DNA of 64,000 nucleotides from Raillietiella orientalis (Eukaryota): the NCBI GenBank assembly GCA_036172245.1, contig JAYWIR010000029.1, positions 2,108,001 through 2,172,000 on the forward strand. Reading direction: 5' to 3'. Of this stretch, positions 25,311 through 37,112 are shown one piece after another (positions within the stretch are counted from its first letter, which is position 1; the number at the start of each line of letters is the position of its first letter). The position numbers were made by a program, and so were the translations under genes. Below the pieces are notes generated by a model that saw only the letters and a list, made by a program, of their open reading frames with translations, made no database searches and was not told the DNA's origin.

Positions 25311-25351
25311 CTAAAAAGCGTACCTTAAAGAACTATACGAAACTAGCAAAC

Positions 25352-25442
25352 CTTTTGATGGACCATTGCAGAGATCACAGCAGAATTGAAAACTAGATCT
25401 AAATGCATTACAAAATGCAGTTCTTCGATAAAGGATGTGCAT
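25352..25442 (-). CDS. MTPAP: Mitochondrial poly(A) RNA polymerase, exon 1 of 5 (putative mitochondrial targeting peptide)
   Basis: ATG at 25442 gives MHILYRRTAFCNAFRSSFQF..., Arg/Ser-containing and acid-poor. 91 nt, spliced in phase to exon 2 across a 41-nt GT-AG intron. Confidence 0.65.
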
Positions 25443-28400
25443 CAGTAAAGTCTGCGATCCTACTTATGGATTATTTAAATGATTCCTAAGGATGGACTGC
25501 ATCCCACAACACGAACTTTCCGGGGAGGCTATTCAACTCCTTCGGAGTCAACTGGTTACCTTACCGGGAGGTATTCGTCAACTCTAATTACAACATCATC
25601 AAAGTTCTCATTAGGGGGGAAACGGAAGTTAACCTAGTACAATCATTTGGGGACATTGGACGTCCATATCCTAAACGGAAAAAACTACTCAGCTTTCGCA
25701 TCCTTGCGGTCTCACGTGAGAAAACAGGGTGCATGCATTACGATTCTTGAAAATCATTTATAGTCTTTGCACTAATATATCTTTTCAGTTATAGTGGATA
25801 GTTTCCGCAATTAAGTCATCATTCTTCGCGAAACCGTGTTTTAAACCATCATATATGTAATTGTATGTAATCTAGGGTTCCCAACTGTACGCCGGAAAAC
25901 CCTAGATTTCATTACTCCGTTCATGTTCATAGGAAATAAGGTAGATGGTTGTACTGTTTCACTTTTGCAATAGGAAGTTCATAAGTATGTGCAGGAATAA
26001 ATTTGTGTATTAAAATATTATAATTTATCTGAATAGTTATTTTATTTTATTTTCACTACATTATTATGTGTTAATCACTAAGGTTTCATTATTATGTATT
26101 GAGTTCAACCTTCGGTGTAATGAAATTGTTTTGTTGTCAAAATTCAATGAATATCAGAAATCTGAATATTGATTTCATTCCTAGGGATGAGTTTTGTACT
26201 CCGTCACGAATTACAGATTTTGTTGAGGATCAAGGAAGGGAAAATGTCTTTTCCATATTCGGTTGCTATCAGAAATTGAGAAGCACGTCATGTGTGCAGA
26301 TTCCCCGTTTGTTTTAGAAAGTAAAAGATAGTCAATCTTTGAATGAGAATAGTCAATGTTTCGTTGACAGAAAAAAGCACTAAATGAATTGGAATTCTAA
26401 AATACATATGAAACACGCGAATGAGTTTCTTGGCGTCAGGCAATGCAAAGTGCAAATAACATTCTCTATATTGCTTATCCTCTATTAACCCAAGTGTACG
26501 CATAGATGAACACCTTACTTTACAAAAATGATATTTGTTACTTTTATCTGAACGTCTGAAAGAGGAACTATAATTTTAACTGTTATGTGGAAAGGAGCGG
26601 ACGGAATTCTTGCACATCTCTTCAGCCATTCCAGGAGAGAACTGGGGAATGAAAGTTCGACTAGTACTTATAGGAATGTATTTTTAGAGTAGAATTTTGA
26701 AGTAAACACAATAAAACAGCGTCATTTTTGATTTCTTCTAAAAATCCTTCTTCCATTTGTTTCTCTCTCTGAGGTATGACGTTATCGTTGAAGGTTTTAC
26801 AATTTTTTTTTTTTTTTAATGAGCAAGCAAATCAAAATACGGTGCTGGAATGAAAGGAAAATTGTTCAGAATTTCATCTTCGATTTTTTTCTCTGAAGTC
26901 CAATATCATTAAACGTGATTTGATTTTCCATTATAAAACCGCTGATTTTTAATGCAATTGACAAGCGAATGTAAATTACTTTCTTCAGATGAATCGCAAA
27001 AATGTACAGGATTGCGTCTTTATTTCTAGAGATCTAAACAGATATCAATTGCAAAGCATTTATTATGTTTTGGAGATAGATTCCGTAGTTTACAAATTAA
27101 GTTTTTTCTCACGTCTATCAAAAATCCAACAGCAGAAAAAAAAACGAACAGCTTGGATGTAGTAAATACTGGATCTAAAAGAAATAAAAATACAAATCCA
27201 CTTTTAATTTCTCATTAAACAGAGATGTTTTTATTCTGAAGTACTAGGAAAGATACTTTACCAGGAATGCTTATTACTAGTCTATGTGTTCGTTGTAGAT
27301 GTTGAGAAAAACTAGAAATGAAGAGTTCAAGGAAAGGATTACTTGAAAATAAAGAACAAAAGTACTGGTGTTCATCAAATTGACGAGAGAGCATAAATTT
27401 TCATGCTTTTAACTATCAGTAAACATAAATTTTTCGAAGGTAAAGGGAGAAAAACACAAAAACAAAACTCACATCGCAAGCATCTTTGAGCATCCTCTCA
27501 CTCACCCTTTCAGATACCCAACAAGATTTCGTGGACCGTAGTTTTGGCTTATTGCAACTGAGATTAAAAGCACAGTGAAAGAGGAGGTCTCAGTCCGATT
27601 CACAGAATGTTTTGAATGCAGAACAAACGCTTGTAAACAGTTTGAAAAACACACGGCTGAGTCTCTTTCTGCAAACAGAACAGAATCTTGTTACTAGATT
27701 GTTTCGTCGATTTCTCCTGAACCGACTGGAAATCAGCTTTCCCATTATTCTGCTGCTCTGTATTTCATTCATCATTCCAACCCTACCAGCTTAAGCGTGA
27801 AGGCTTTTTCACCAGCAAGCTTGCAGTTGTTAAGTTCCGATGGATTTTTCTCGTCTTTCCTCATCGCACCATACGCACATCCAAAAACTGGCATCCCTGT
27901 GTGCAACAGCAACCACTCACGAAGACCTTAAAGTACTAAGCGAAAAGCTCACGTATGGATGAATTTGCAAACGGAACGGAAGCATTTGTTGTGTTCCACG
28001 TTGATGGTATACTCAACCTTTTTTCTCTTCTGGAAAGATAAATTATTTTTCATACATCATCACATAAAACCAAATTACAACTCTATCCACAGTCCTTGTG
28101 AAAACCTTAAGCTTCAACTGCTGCACACCCATCGGGTCGTCCAATTAAGAAGTCCACCTTAGTTTCCAAGAATAAAGAACACTTAGAAAGGAGGGAAGAG
28201 AAGCACATAGCAGCAGGATTTCTAGATGGCTGCTGTGCTATCAGCAGAGAGCACAAATGTAGCAGTGAGGTCAAATGAATTGCAGCCTCCAAGCATTTCA
28301 TATGTAGCTAATGAGCGTGTTTTGAGTTGACCCCACTCAAGAACCAATGCTCTAGATCATCCACAACCATGGCTGCTGTTCAAGATCACCATAATATGCA

Positions 28401-30553
28401 ATCGCTTCTCAGACAAGAGAAAAACACGAAAGCCACAAGAATTGGCACCTGTTTGTGCCCGATACCTCGCTTCTTCACCTTCTCAATCACTGACTTTGTC
28501 ATTGTACCAGAGAGGTTCTAGTGAGGTGCAGAGAGAGACAGGAGAGATGCGAGAGCACGAGCTCAGAAAAGGAACGAGCTGCTCATCCAGAAGCATCCTC
28601 CATCCTGAACTCAAAGAGGGGAAGCACAATGAAATTTCAAAGACATATCCAGGTGGATTATTGGCTGATAAACTGGTACTAAAGGTTGGTTAAGTGGACT
28701 GTTAACACAGACGTAGGGGAGAAGATGTATTTTCACCATTCTTTTTATTTAGTGACTGTCAGAGTAGATCTGCAACAGTTTGGTAAAAGACAAGAGCCCA
28801 AAAGACGAGTCTGAGTTTTTCTCTGTGAAGACCAGGGCAGTGTTAGACCTTACCATGAAGTCGAAAGGAGGCCGTTTTCAGTCCTGCGTCCCAGGACTGA
28901 AAACAAGTGTCCATGGATACCGATGTTGTTTTCGAGGTAGATTTTCATGAGAAGAGAACTAAACAAGAACAAGAACAACAAAAACAACAACAAAATGGCT
29001 GCTGCTGTTCCTGAAGAAGGAAAAGAAGAAATTCGTGCAGTGTTCTAGTTTTCCGAGAAAGCTGGTGTACAAGGATTTAAAACGAACGACGTCGGGAGGC
29101 GACTTGCATCAAGTGCCGCAGCATCGGAGTACCTGTTGAGTTGGCCAGCATTAATACAGATTTTTTTCACTTGAACGACGATTTCCGTGCCCTCAAGAAG
29201 AGGAAAGAAGAAAAGGAGGAAATGTAGGGTCACTTTTGATGGGTTGCTTGTGTGTTCTCCTGCCTCAGTGGGAAGCAAACCTCTAAGACTGGCAATGAAA
29301 CAACAGATATTTTTTTGAAAAAGCGGGGTGGCTGGCTACAGGTGATAGGAAGGAGTTCTATCAGCAGCAAGCCTCTCGTGAGAAAGGGACGGAATGAGAA
29401 GAGAAGATGGGCTTTTCAGCAAACAAGAGCGACACAGATCCAAGGCGAGTCTTCGTAGAGCAGAAAGATTTGATTCTAGCTTGTAGGCGTCCCTGAGACA
29501 GATGCACCCTTGCTGGGAAGATTCGAGTGAACCCCAGACCGACTCTTTTGACTAATGCTGACGTCAAGTGGCTTTGTTTGACTATAGGCTGTGTGGTTAT
29601 GGAAACTTGACTTGCAGACTCACCTGCCAATCGATGGTGATTTGGAAGCATGCGAACGGATGCATGGAGGCAACGCGCGCTGCTTATATGGCCATCAGCA
29701 GGTGAGGTAATTAGGTGGCTCGATCAGGTTCCTTCTCGACTGTTGCGCCCCTCGCTCCCTTCCCCTACAGATCCTTAAGTCACAAGATGAAACGGTGCTG
29801 GAAGTCATCACGGGAAAAATTTCTCGCCGGCACCAATGGTAGTTGCTTCATTCTGCTGGGCGCCGCTTTCGTGTACGGGTTTATTTCGAGAGGGCGCCAC
29901 CGTGGATCTTTCCTCCCGCCTTCGGATGAAGGAACGAGAAGATCCGCGGTAGAGGAGGAGGGGAAATAGGGAAATCCAGAGTTAGTCTTCTGCTTAAACC
30001 AAGGGCCGTTCGGTCCGGAGCAACCCTCTTCTCACCGGAACTAGAGAACGGGTACGTAATCCCACACAGGAAATTCAGGCAGCATCTTCGGGATGATTCA
30101 TGTTCGGGTACAGGGAGCTCAGAGAAGCAAACCCAACACCCAAATGGAGATGCTTAGAGTGACAGAGGAAGGAGCCCGGGGCTCCGTGCTTTGCAAACGA
30201 AAAAAACAGGAAACATCTGGTCGAATTTCCGGGAGATGGCGCTGCCTTACCTTTCCCTCCCCTCTCCCCCTTTCTCTTCCGAGAGCCCCGCTCCGAGAGT
30301 GCTTTCCTCTTCCTAGAGTTCCTGGTGCCGCACGTGCTCCGCAGCAGCGGTGGCCTGGCGTTCTCTGAAGCTGCCTCTGTCCATCCCGTCTCGCCGTAGC
30401 AGTTGCTGTTGCCCAAGAGTCATGAGCGTGGATTCCGGTCGCAAACGACCCGTCTTCCTGGGGCCGCTAACAGAGCGCGTTGCACTTCCTCGTGCAACGC
30501 CTCACTTTCACTCTTATCCACTTACACTCTTCCTTCTGCATGCCAACCAAGCT

Positions 30554-31097
30554 TGTAGAATGTGTTGCCTTCCGGACCCTGTGCTGGCGTTACTCAACGG
30601 CCTATGGTGCACCGAAGGACAATCCCAGGGACGTGATGAGGCGCCTCTTCGTGAGCGATGTCCTTTTGCCTGCTGCATCCCCAGCAGCTCTTTGTTGCTG
30701 CCTACGAGTGATTGTGTAGAACTGGAGCTACGCAAGAGGAGGACAGCGCGATAGGGACGCCATCTGCTCCGCCCTGAGCTTCTTGCGGACGGCAGCTAGG
30801 TGACTCCACCTGGGGCATGCTCGGATGGAACTTGCTGGCATCTTGGCAAGAACCCAGAGGACGCCCTCCAGAGAACAGCGATCCCTTCTCGTGTCCCCCA
30901 GAGTTTTTTTTTTTATTATTGATTTTTGTTTACTTTTATTTGCCCCTCCCCTCTCCGCCACCGAAGCGAACCTCGCCAGCCTGCGTGTCGGTCACTCGGC
31001 AAGTTCCAACCGAGCATTTTCCAACAATGTAGGGCCGATGGCCCTATATATGTGTTTATTTTTTATAATAAACGTCCCGGCGTGACCGGGTGATAAA
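30554..31097 (+). mobile_element. 5'-truncated LINE 3' fragment with target-site duplication
   Basis: VECVAFRTLCWR...AALCCCLRVI and MELAGILART match the ORF2 end; the 3' UTR closely matches 58570-58770. Flanked by the 11-bp repeat ccaaccaagct at 30543-30553 and 31098-31108. Confidence 0.85.
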
Positions 31098-31499
31098 CCA
31101 ACCAAGCTCACTTAGGCATGACGTGAGCCTTCTCCGTCCCGCTCCTCCAGTGCTCCATGTCTTCAGAGGCCTCAGAGAGGCTGCGACCCACGGTGACAAG
31201 CGACTGAGATGAGGGAAAGGGAGATCCGGAAGAGATGCGTTCCTCATACAAGGCTTCTGACTCTTTTTTCCTACCCTTAAGCTGTGGAAGACGAGTGATA
31301 GACGCCGCCCACATTGCGCCGTCGGGCTGAGGGATTCCTTCGGGGGAAGAGAGATTGTTGATTTCTCGAGGACAACTCTCCGTTGGAGCATTTCGGTGTT
31401 GCTCGGAGCGGAAAGCACGAGGAAGTGCAACTTCTGCAAAGGAGCTTCCGGTGTGACCAGCGGAACACCGTCCAGGCCACCCGAGGGAGCGTGTAGTAA

Positions 31500-31960
31500 C
31501 TCTTCAAGTTATAGAGTGCAGCCCCGGAGGGACCACTTTATGAATCCAGGAAGGCTCCGGAGGAAGGAGTCCATTCCACTTACGCTTGGGAAAGAACCCC
31601 GAAGGGAACTCCCTGGTTGTGTCTCCGAAAAGAACCCGAAGGGAAAGTCCCTCTTCCTTATTCTCTCCAGAGGCACCCACCGGAGGGAGCCACTCCTCGT
31701 TTCTTCTCCGAAAAGGAACCGGAAAGGATCCGACCCTTCTTTCCTCTTCCTCTGAAGGGAACCCGGAGGGACGTTTCCCAGTTTCTCTGAAGGGCACTCC
31801 CCGAAGGGAACAGCATTCTTTCCGCACTCCAGAGAGGCGGCCTACGGGATTTCCTTCCGGTTGTCTCTGGACCATCGGAAGGACTAAACCACAGAGGGAG
31901 CCGACTTTTCGATTCCCCTTCAGTAGCTCCGCCCTTGCACCCGTTTAGCTCCCGTCGCCA
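31500..31960 (-). mobile_element. SINE-like repeat family, copy 2 (body and 3' part)
   Basis: tatgaatccaggaaggctccggaggaaggagtcc and the downstream blocks are colinear with 3787-4040. Confidence 0.65.
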
Positions 31961-33659
31961 CGTAGAGGAGGAAGCGGGAATTTTCAAGCGCCCCGAATTC
32001 CCCGGAACTCGACGTCGTCTCTTTGGAAGGGCGGGAGCTTCCCGTCCTCCCTCCGCATGTGGGACCAATGAAAGCGTTGGCTGGCAACCTTCTTGATGCC
32101 TTTCGCCGTGTCGCGCGTCCTCGCGCGTGAGAGAGAACAACACGAACGTGCGAAAACCCACAGGTGCACGCACACTCCGCAACGCAAAGTTGGACCCCAG
32201 CAGAGGTGCAGAAAGCAGTGATCCGACTTCCCGCGCAACGAGCACGGCGAGCCATGTTTCCAAGGCAACGCAGCTGCCGATTCGGATTTCCCATCCGACG
32301 CGGACGTGCGCGCCGATCCACGCGTAGGTCGATGATGCGCCGTGTACACACGCAAGGGAAGGGAGGAAGCAACGCTTGTGCCGCCTCGCTACGTGCTGAT
32401 GGGATATCATGGAGGACCCGAATCTGTACACACCGACGTACAGATTGCCTGCACCTGAACACCTGTATGAAGTGAGTGCGCGTAATCTGTAAACACTGCC
32501 GTGCTCGTGAAATCTGTAATCTCGTAAATGTGTAAACACTGCCGTGCGCACGAGCGGCATTCACGCGTGTCGGAATCTGTGCGGAACTCGGGCATTGGCG
32601 CGGAATGTACGGTCAGGGTGCACACTCGCGGCCGGCCGCGTATGCAAAAGCCTGATGACCTGCTGATGGTCACCGGGATGCCGTTGGGATGATCATCGGG
32701 ATGTCGGGAAGAAGGCGTTTCGAAAATCGAGGTCTGGAGGAACCCTTGCGAGGAGACACGGAACATTTCCTACACCCATCGTCCTCCTTCCGCAGGCAAC
32801 GAGCTGGACAATCGCTCCCGGGGTTCCCGAAAAGCTTCTCACACTGTGGAGAGGATGCATCCACCAGCTACGAGGTGTCCCCTCTCCTCATAGAGGATCA
32901 CCTCCGGGGAAGTTGCGTGTCCAAACTGTTTGAGGTGCGGGACGGTGGGATCGTTCCCGCACCACAGGTGCAGAGGAGGCTGGCATGAGCGGAGCTGTTG
33001 CATCTGGGAGGCACCGACAAGCGCTTGCTGCTTCGATTCTTCGCGAACGGAGGTGCGCTGCATCCGCGCCGCCGTAGAGACCCGACGCGTGCCCAAGGCA
33101 GTGAAGACATCGCGGCTGTCCGCCCGAGTACGGCTGGAAGGTGACCGCTCCGAACAGAGAAAAGTCTCCAAGGAAATCGCCAGCGCCCCGCGCCAGATCT
33201 GAGAAGGAAGGAGTGGATGTTTCCAAAGACCCCTCCTGCTCACTCGTCACCATCCTTCTCCCCTCCGCTTCTACCCCTGTTCCGGACTTCAGAGGCCGAT
33301 CTGTGTGCACTTCGAAGGAACCCTTCCCCTGATCCCATGTTCGCTGTTTCGTTTCCCGATCCCAGTTCTGAATGAATGCCCCAGCGTGAATGGGGGAGAT
33401 CCCGTGGTTTCGAGCACCTCCGGAAATGACATCAATCTGATCTAATGGGCAGGATCCTCTGTCTCGCCACTACTCCTCCTTCCGGGACCTTCCAATGTCA
33501 GAGTCGAGAGAGGTCTCGCCTAGCGACGGCTCTGGGCCGATCGACTTCTGGGAGCTTCCAAGAGCTCTCTTGGTTACAAACGTCGCGAGCGAGGGAAGGG
33601 AAGAGGGGGTCGGCTTCGCGCGCGGCCTCAAGTGCGGGCGAGATGCGGCAAGAAAAGGG

Positions 33660-33825
33660 CATAACACGCTGACCTCTTGGTCAGCATGTTATGGTTGTCG
33701 CAGGAACCGGATCGGCCTCTGTTTCCTGACCGGAAGAGCGACAACCATAACATGCTGACCTCTTGGCGAGCGTGTTATGGTTGTCGCAGGAACCGGATCG
33801 GTCTGTTTCCTGACCGGAAGAGCGA
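33660..33825. repeat. Tandem pair of ~86-bp units built from alternating inverted repeats
   Basis: ggtcagcatgttatggttgtcgc (33679-33701) is the exact reverse complement of 33738-33760. Each unit also forms a stem closed by a tctt loop. Confidence 0.9.
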
Positions 33826-35520
33826 GATTCACATCGCGGTGCAGATGCAATCTGGAGCGCTTGCTCCTTAACGGCCCCGATTCCGACCTTACGTCACTTC
33901 TTTGCGCTCGGATTCCTTTCCACCTCTTATGGGAAAGGAAGAGGAGGGAGCGAGCGCTCCCTCCAAACTCGGTCGGCCGGACAGGCGGTGCAGATCCATG
34001 CCCGTGGGGAGGGATCTCGAAGTCCTGGTCGAGCTCGGGCGGGTGGACGGCTGGGCAGAAGGGGGAGCGTGCAAGGCTAGTTTTGGTCTCCAGGACGACG
34101 ACCGTGCCACCCTCTCGCCGCTTCCGCAGCGTCGAGCCTCTTGGACGCGCCGGACAGCCGACTCTCGGCTCCTCAACCGGGGAGTGGAAGGTGGATATTC
34201 CCTGGCAGCACTCTTCTCGACCGCCGCGCCACTGCAGCGAGCTTGGAGAAGAAGAGGATTGGAGAATAAAGTCGCCATCAGGGATGGACGGCGGGGACTC
34301 CTCTCTCGTTTTGGGGTTCTGGGGGCTTGCTGTTCATGGAGTGTGTGTGTGGCGGTAGTCCATGAGTGCTGGGAATGGACAATCCATGAGACGACGTTGT
34401 TAGGTCTCAGGCTGGACCCGTGCTAAAGCAACAGCACACGCAGAAGTCACCTAAGAAAGCCTTGGGAAAACACCGTAGGATCAGACCCCACAGGATCGGG
34501 AACGGGGCTGCAGATCTGTCCCGTGAGTGGCAAGGGTGCAGTCCAGCGCCGGGTCATGATGCGCAAATCAAGCTTTCTTGCTGTCAGGGCCCTGATTCTT
34601 CGCAAACGCGAGGGTTGCCGGTTTCCAGGGAAGCATGGGCTTGCCTAGGTGTCTGCCATAGGATAACAGCGGATAGCATCTGGCGAGAGAGAAAGGAACC
34701 TGAAAAGGGCGATCTGATAGGCTGCTCCGTGAGCTTCCTGGAGCGGTAGCTGCACGAGACGCAGATAAGAACTTGCTGCCAAACTTGGTCAGAGAAGCGG
34801 ATATCTCTGCTACATATCAGATCTTCCTCCTGCCGCGGAGAAAAGCACTCTTCTTTGAAGCTTTTGGCTTCCTCCAGGTGGAGATCGAGTGCTTGCGAGG
34901 ATCTTCAGATCACGTGGGAGCACCCTTGCAGCCACTCGACGCAACGGTATCCATAAGGAACTCTCCGAGCTGTTTCCGGAGAGAACGTGGAGTGCCCATC
35001 GCACGGAGTGAGAACGCTGGAATGAGGATTCGTCATTCTGGAGATGACAGACGCCCTGGGCTGCCAGGAAGCCTGCCTGTCTGTTTGCTTTCCCGCGTCT
35101 GCTCGTCCCGGAGATGTCGGCACGATAAGATGCAGCTATGGAATCGGCCCGCGCGCTTTCCGTGACAACTCAGCCCATCTGCCCGGTTTTAATTGGGGGG
35201 AGGGAGGGGGGTGATCTTTCCGGAGGACACGAGCGATGGCGCAAGGCAGGGAAGGAGGAGGTCAGTGAGAGGAACACTGTGAAGCGAGCGCCAGCGTGGC
35301 TGATGAACGAGGCGAGTCTGAGAGATAACTTAATTCATTACCGATTCGGGATAAGCCGGCAGGAAACTCGGAGAGACTATTTGCCCATAGCGTCAGTTAA
35401 TTACGTGGACATGCAAGCCTGGAGCCGAGCTCAGAAAGAGATGCGACAGATGCTGAGAAGGTGGTGCGAATGCGAACGCACGCAGGACCAATCGCGCTCC
35501 ACTTTTCCTTTGAAGTCCAC

Positions 35521-36114
35521 CAGTAGCAGGATGGTTAATTAACGGGCGGCTAAGCAGCAGTGCGAAGCAAGTTTCTCTTCAGACCAGGGATGCCGTTTCC
35601 GTCCTTCCCCCGAAACATCTCAGAACCTGCTGAAGGCTGAGGACGTGCTTTCTGACTTTCAAGATGAGTGGACAAGCGAAGCAGTGTGAGTTCTTCACTG
35701 GGACACCACGAAGCAGTTCCTTTTAGAAAGATGACCTGAGAGGAAGGCCAGCACCCCTAATCGTTTGGAATATGGCAGTACGGAGGTAGCCAAGAGAAAT
35801 GATCAGCAGATTGCTTTTGCCAAGAAACATCATTCCATGCGTGATCGGTGATCAGTTCGTAGTCACTCGAAAGAGAGCAACCATTTGACTTCCTCTCAGG
35901 TCATCTTTCTAAAAGGAACTGCTTCGTGGTGTCCCAGTGAAGAACTCACACTGCTTCGCTTGTCCACTCATCTTGAAAGTCAGAAAGCACGTCCTCAGCC
36001 TTCAGCAGGTTCTGAGATGTTTCGGGGGAAGGACGGAAACGGCATCCCTGGTCTGAAGAGAAACTTGCTTCGCACTGCTGCTTAGCCACCCGTTAATTAA
36101 CCATCCTGCTACTG
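35521..36114. repeat. Near-perfect long inverted repeat: 226-bp arms, 142-bp spacer
   Basis: 35521-35746 is the reverse complement of 35889-36114, with one mismatch seen (gggcggc vs gggtggc). Confidence 0.95.
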
Positions 36115-36394
36115 AAGAGAACACGAAATCGTTGATGAATCCGTTCATCATCAAAGGCCCTTAAGTTCAGGTCGCTTTTCGGGATCGTCTCTTTGAAACC
36201 GATACCGCGCTTTTCTCTTGCCTTTCTCTGACACCTCAAGAGGGTGTTCGCGTAAGACGTCACCAGTAAAGGTGACGCACCAAAATGAGGGCTCAACAAT
36301 CGTCGGTGTTCACAAGTGGTATTTCCGAGGTTCCTGTTGGCTTGCCCCGAATCGAAAATGGGCACTGCCCATACTCGTTTTGCACATCCACCAC

Positions 36395-37112
36395 ACTGCT
36401 GTTTCATTCTCATTTCCCCTCCCCCTCTTTCTCCTACAGGACCTCACTGGAGTTTTTGCTACCACCACCGAGATCCGCTCTGATGGTACTTCCAGACGAG
36501 CCCGAGTCCAAATCCCTCTCCGCACGCCGTCGCGACTCCTCCCACTGACCGTTGTTCTCCGGCAGCGAAACGACGGAAGGCAGGAGCGGCTCTGTCCTGG
36601 TGGTTGGGTATAACCTCGACTCTTGAGCACCGCCACCCATATTCGGAGCTGGTTGTTTCGGCAAGTGAGTTGCTGCCGACACTCCTCAGCGGACTCCGAC
36701 CTCCGTAGCCACCACCCTGCTGTCCATAGCAACCGACACCTTTCACGAGGTGCGTAACCCAATATTTTGATTCATCCCACAGCGCGAGGCCTGCTTACCG
36801 TAGATCCAACAGTCCGAGCTCCAGAAAACCGGACTTCTCACCCATTTAAGGTCCGAGAATAGTCAAGGTCAATCCGACTTTAAGACCTCCAAGCATTCGC
36901 TTTACCGGATTTGGCTCCGTTCTCCTTCCTCTTCGACAAGTCTCCAGCTATCCTAAGGGAAATTCCCTAGGGAACCAGCTATCAGATGGTTCGATTCACC
37001 TTTCGGCCCCTACTCCCACTTCTCGCGACCAATTTGCAGGTCGGGGTTGCTTCGGACCTCTACCAGAGTTGCCTCTGGCTTCGTCTTGACCAGATATAGT
37101 TCACCGTCTTTC
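36395..37112 (-). pseudogene. Decayed 28S (LSU) rRNA gene fragment
   Basis: The plus strand matches the reverse complement of conserved LSU blocks in the correct order: tttgctaccaccaccgagatc; ttcggcaagtgagttg..acactcctcagcggactccgac; cccatttaag..gagaatag; cattcgctttaccggat; ccagctatcct.agggaaa...gggaaccagcta..agatggttcgatt; ctctggcttcg...atagttcacc.tctttc. Many substitutions and indels. Confidence 0.9.

Noticed and set aside
27590..28010. Minus-strand RFCSVCRK and KAFTLKL as a piggyBac C-terminus, or MPVFGCAYG as a THAP domain
   Set aside because: Motifs are incomplete and in conflicting frames; no TIR or catalytic region was seen.
32270..32345. SSTYAWIGAH / SSTYDVWIGAH (also at about 7150-7185) as a C-type lectin WIGL motif
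   Set aside because: No supporting lectin Cys pattern or splice sites; better explained as the shared terminus of a repeat family.
33660..33825. CRISPR-like array
   Set aside because: Only two units, the intervening segments are near-identical rather than unique spacers, the context is eukaryotic, and there are no cas genes.
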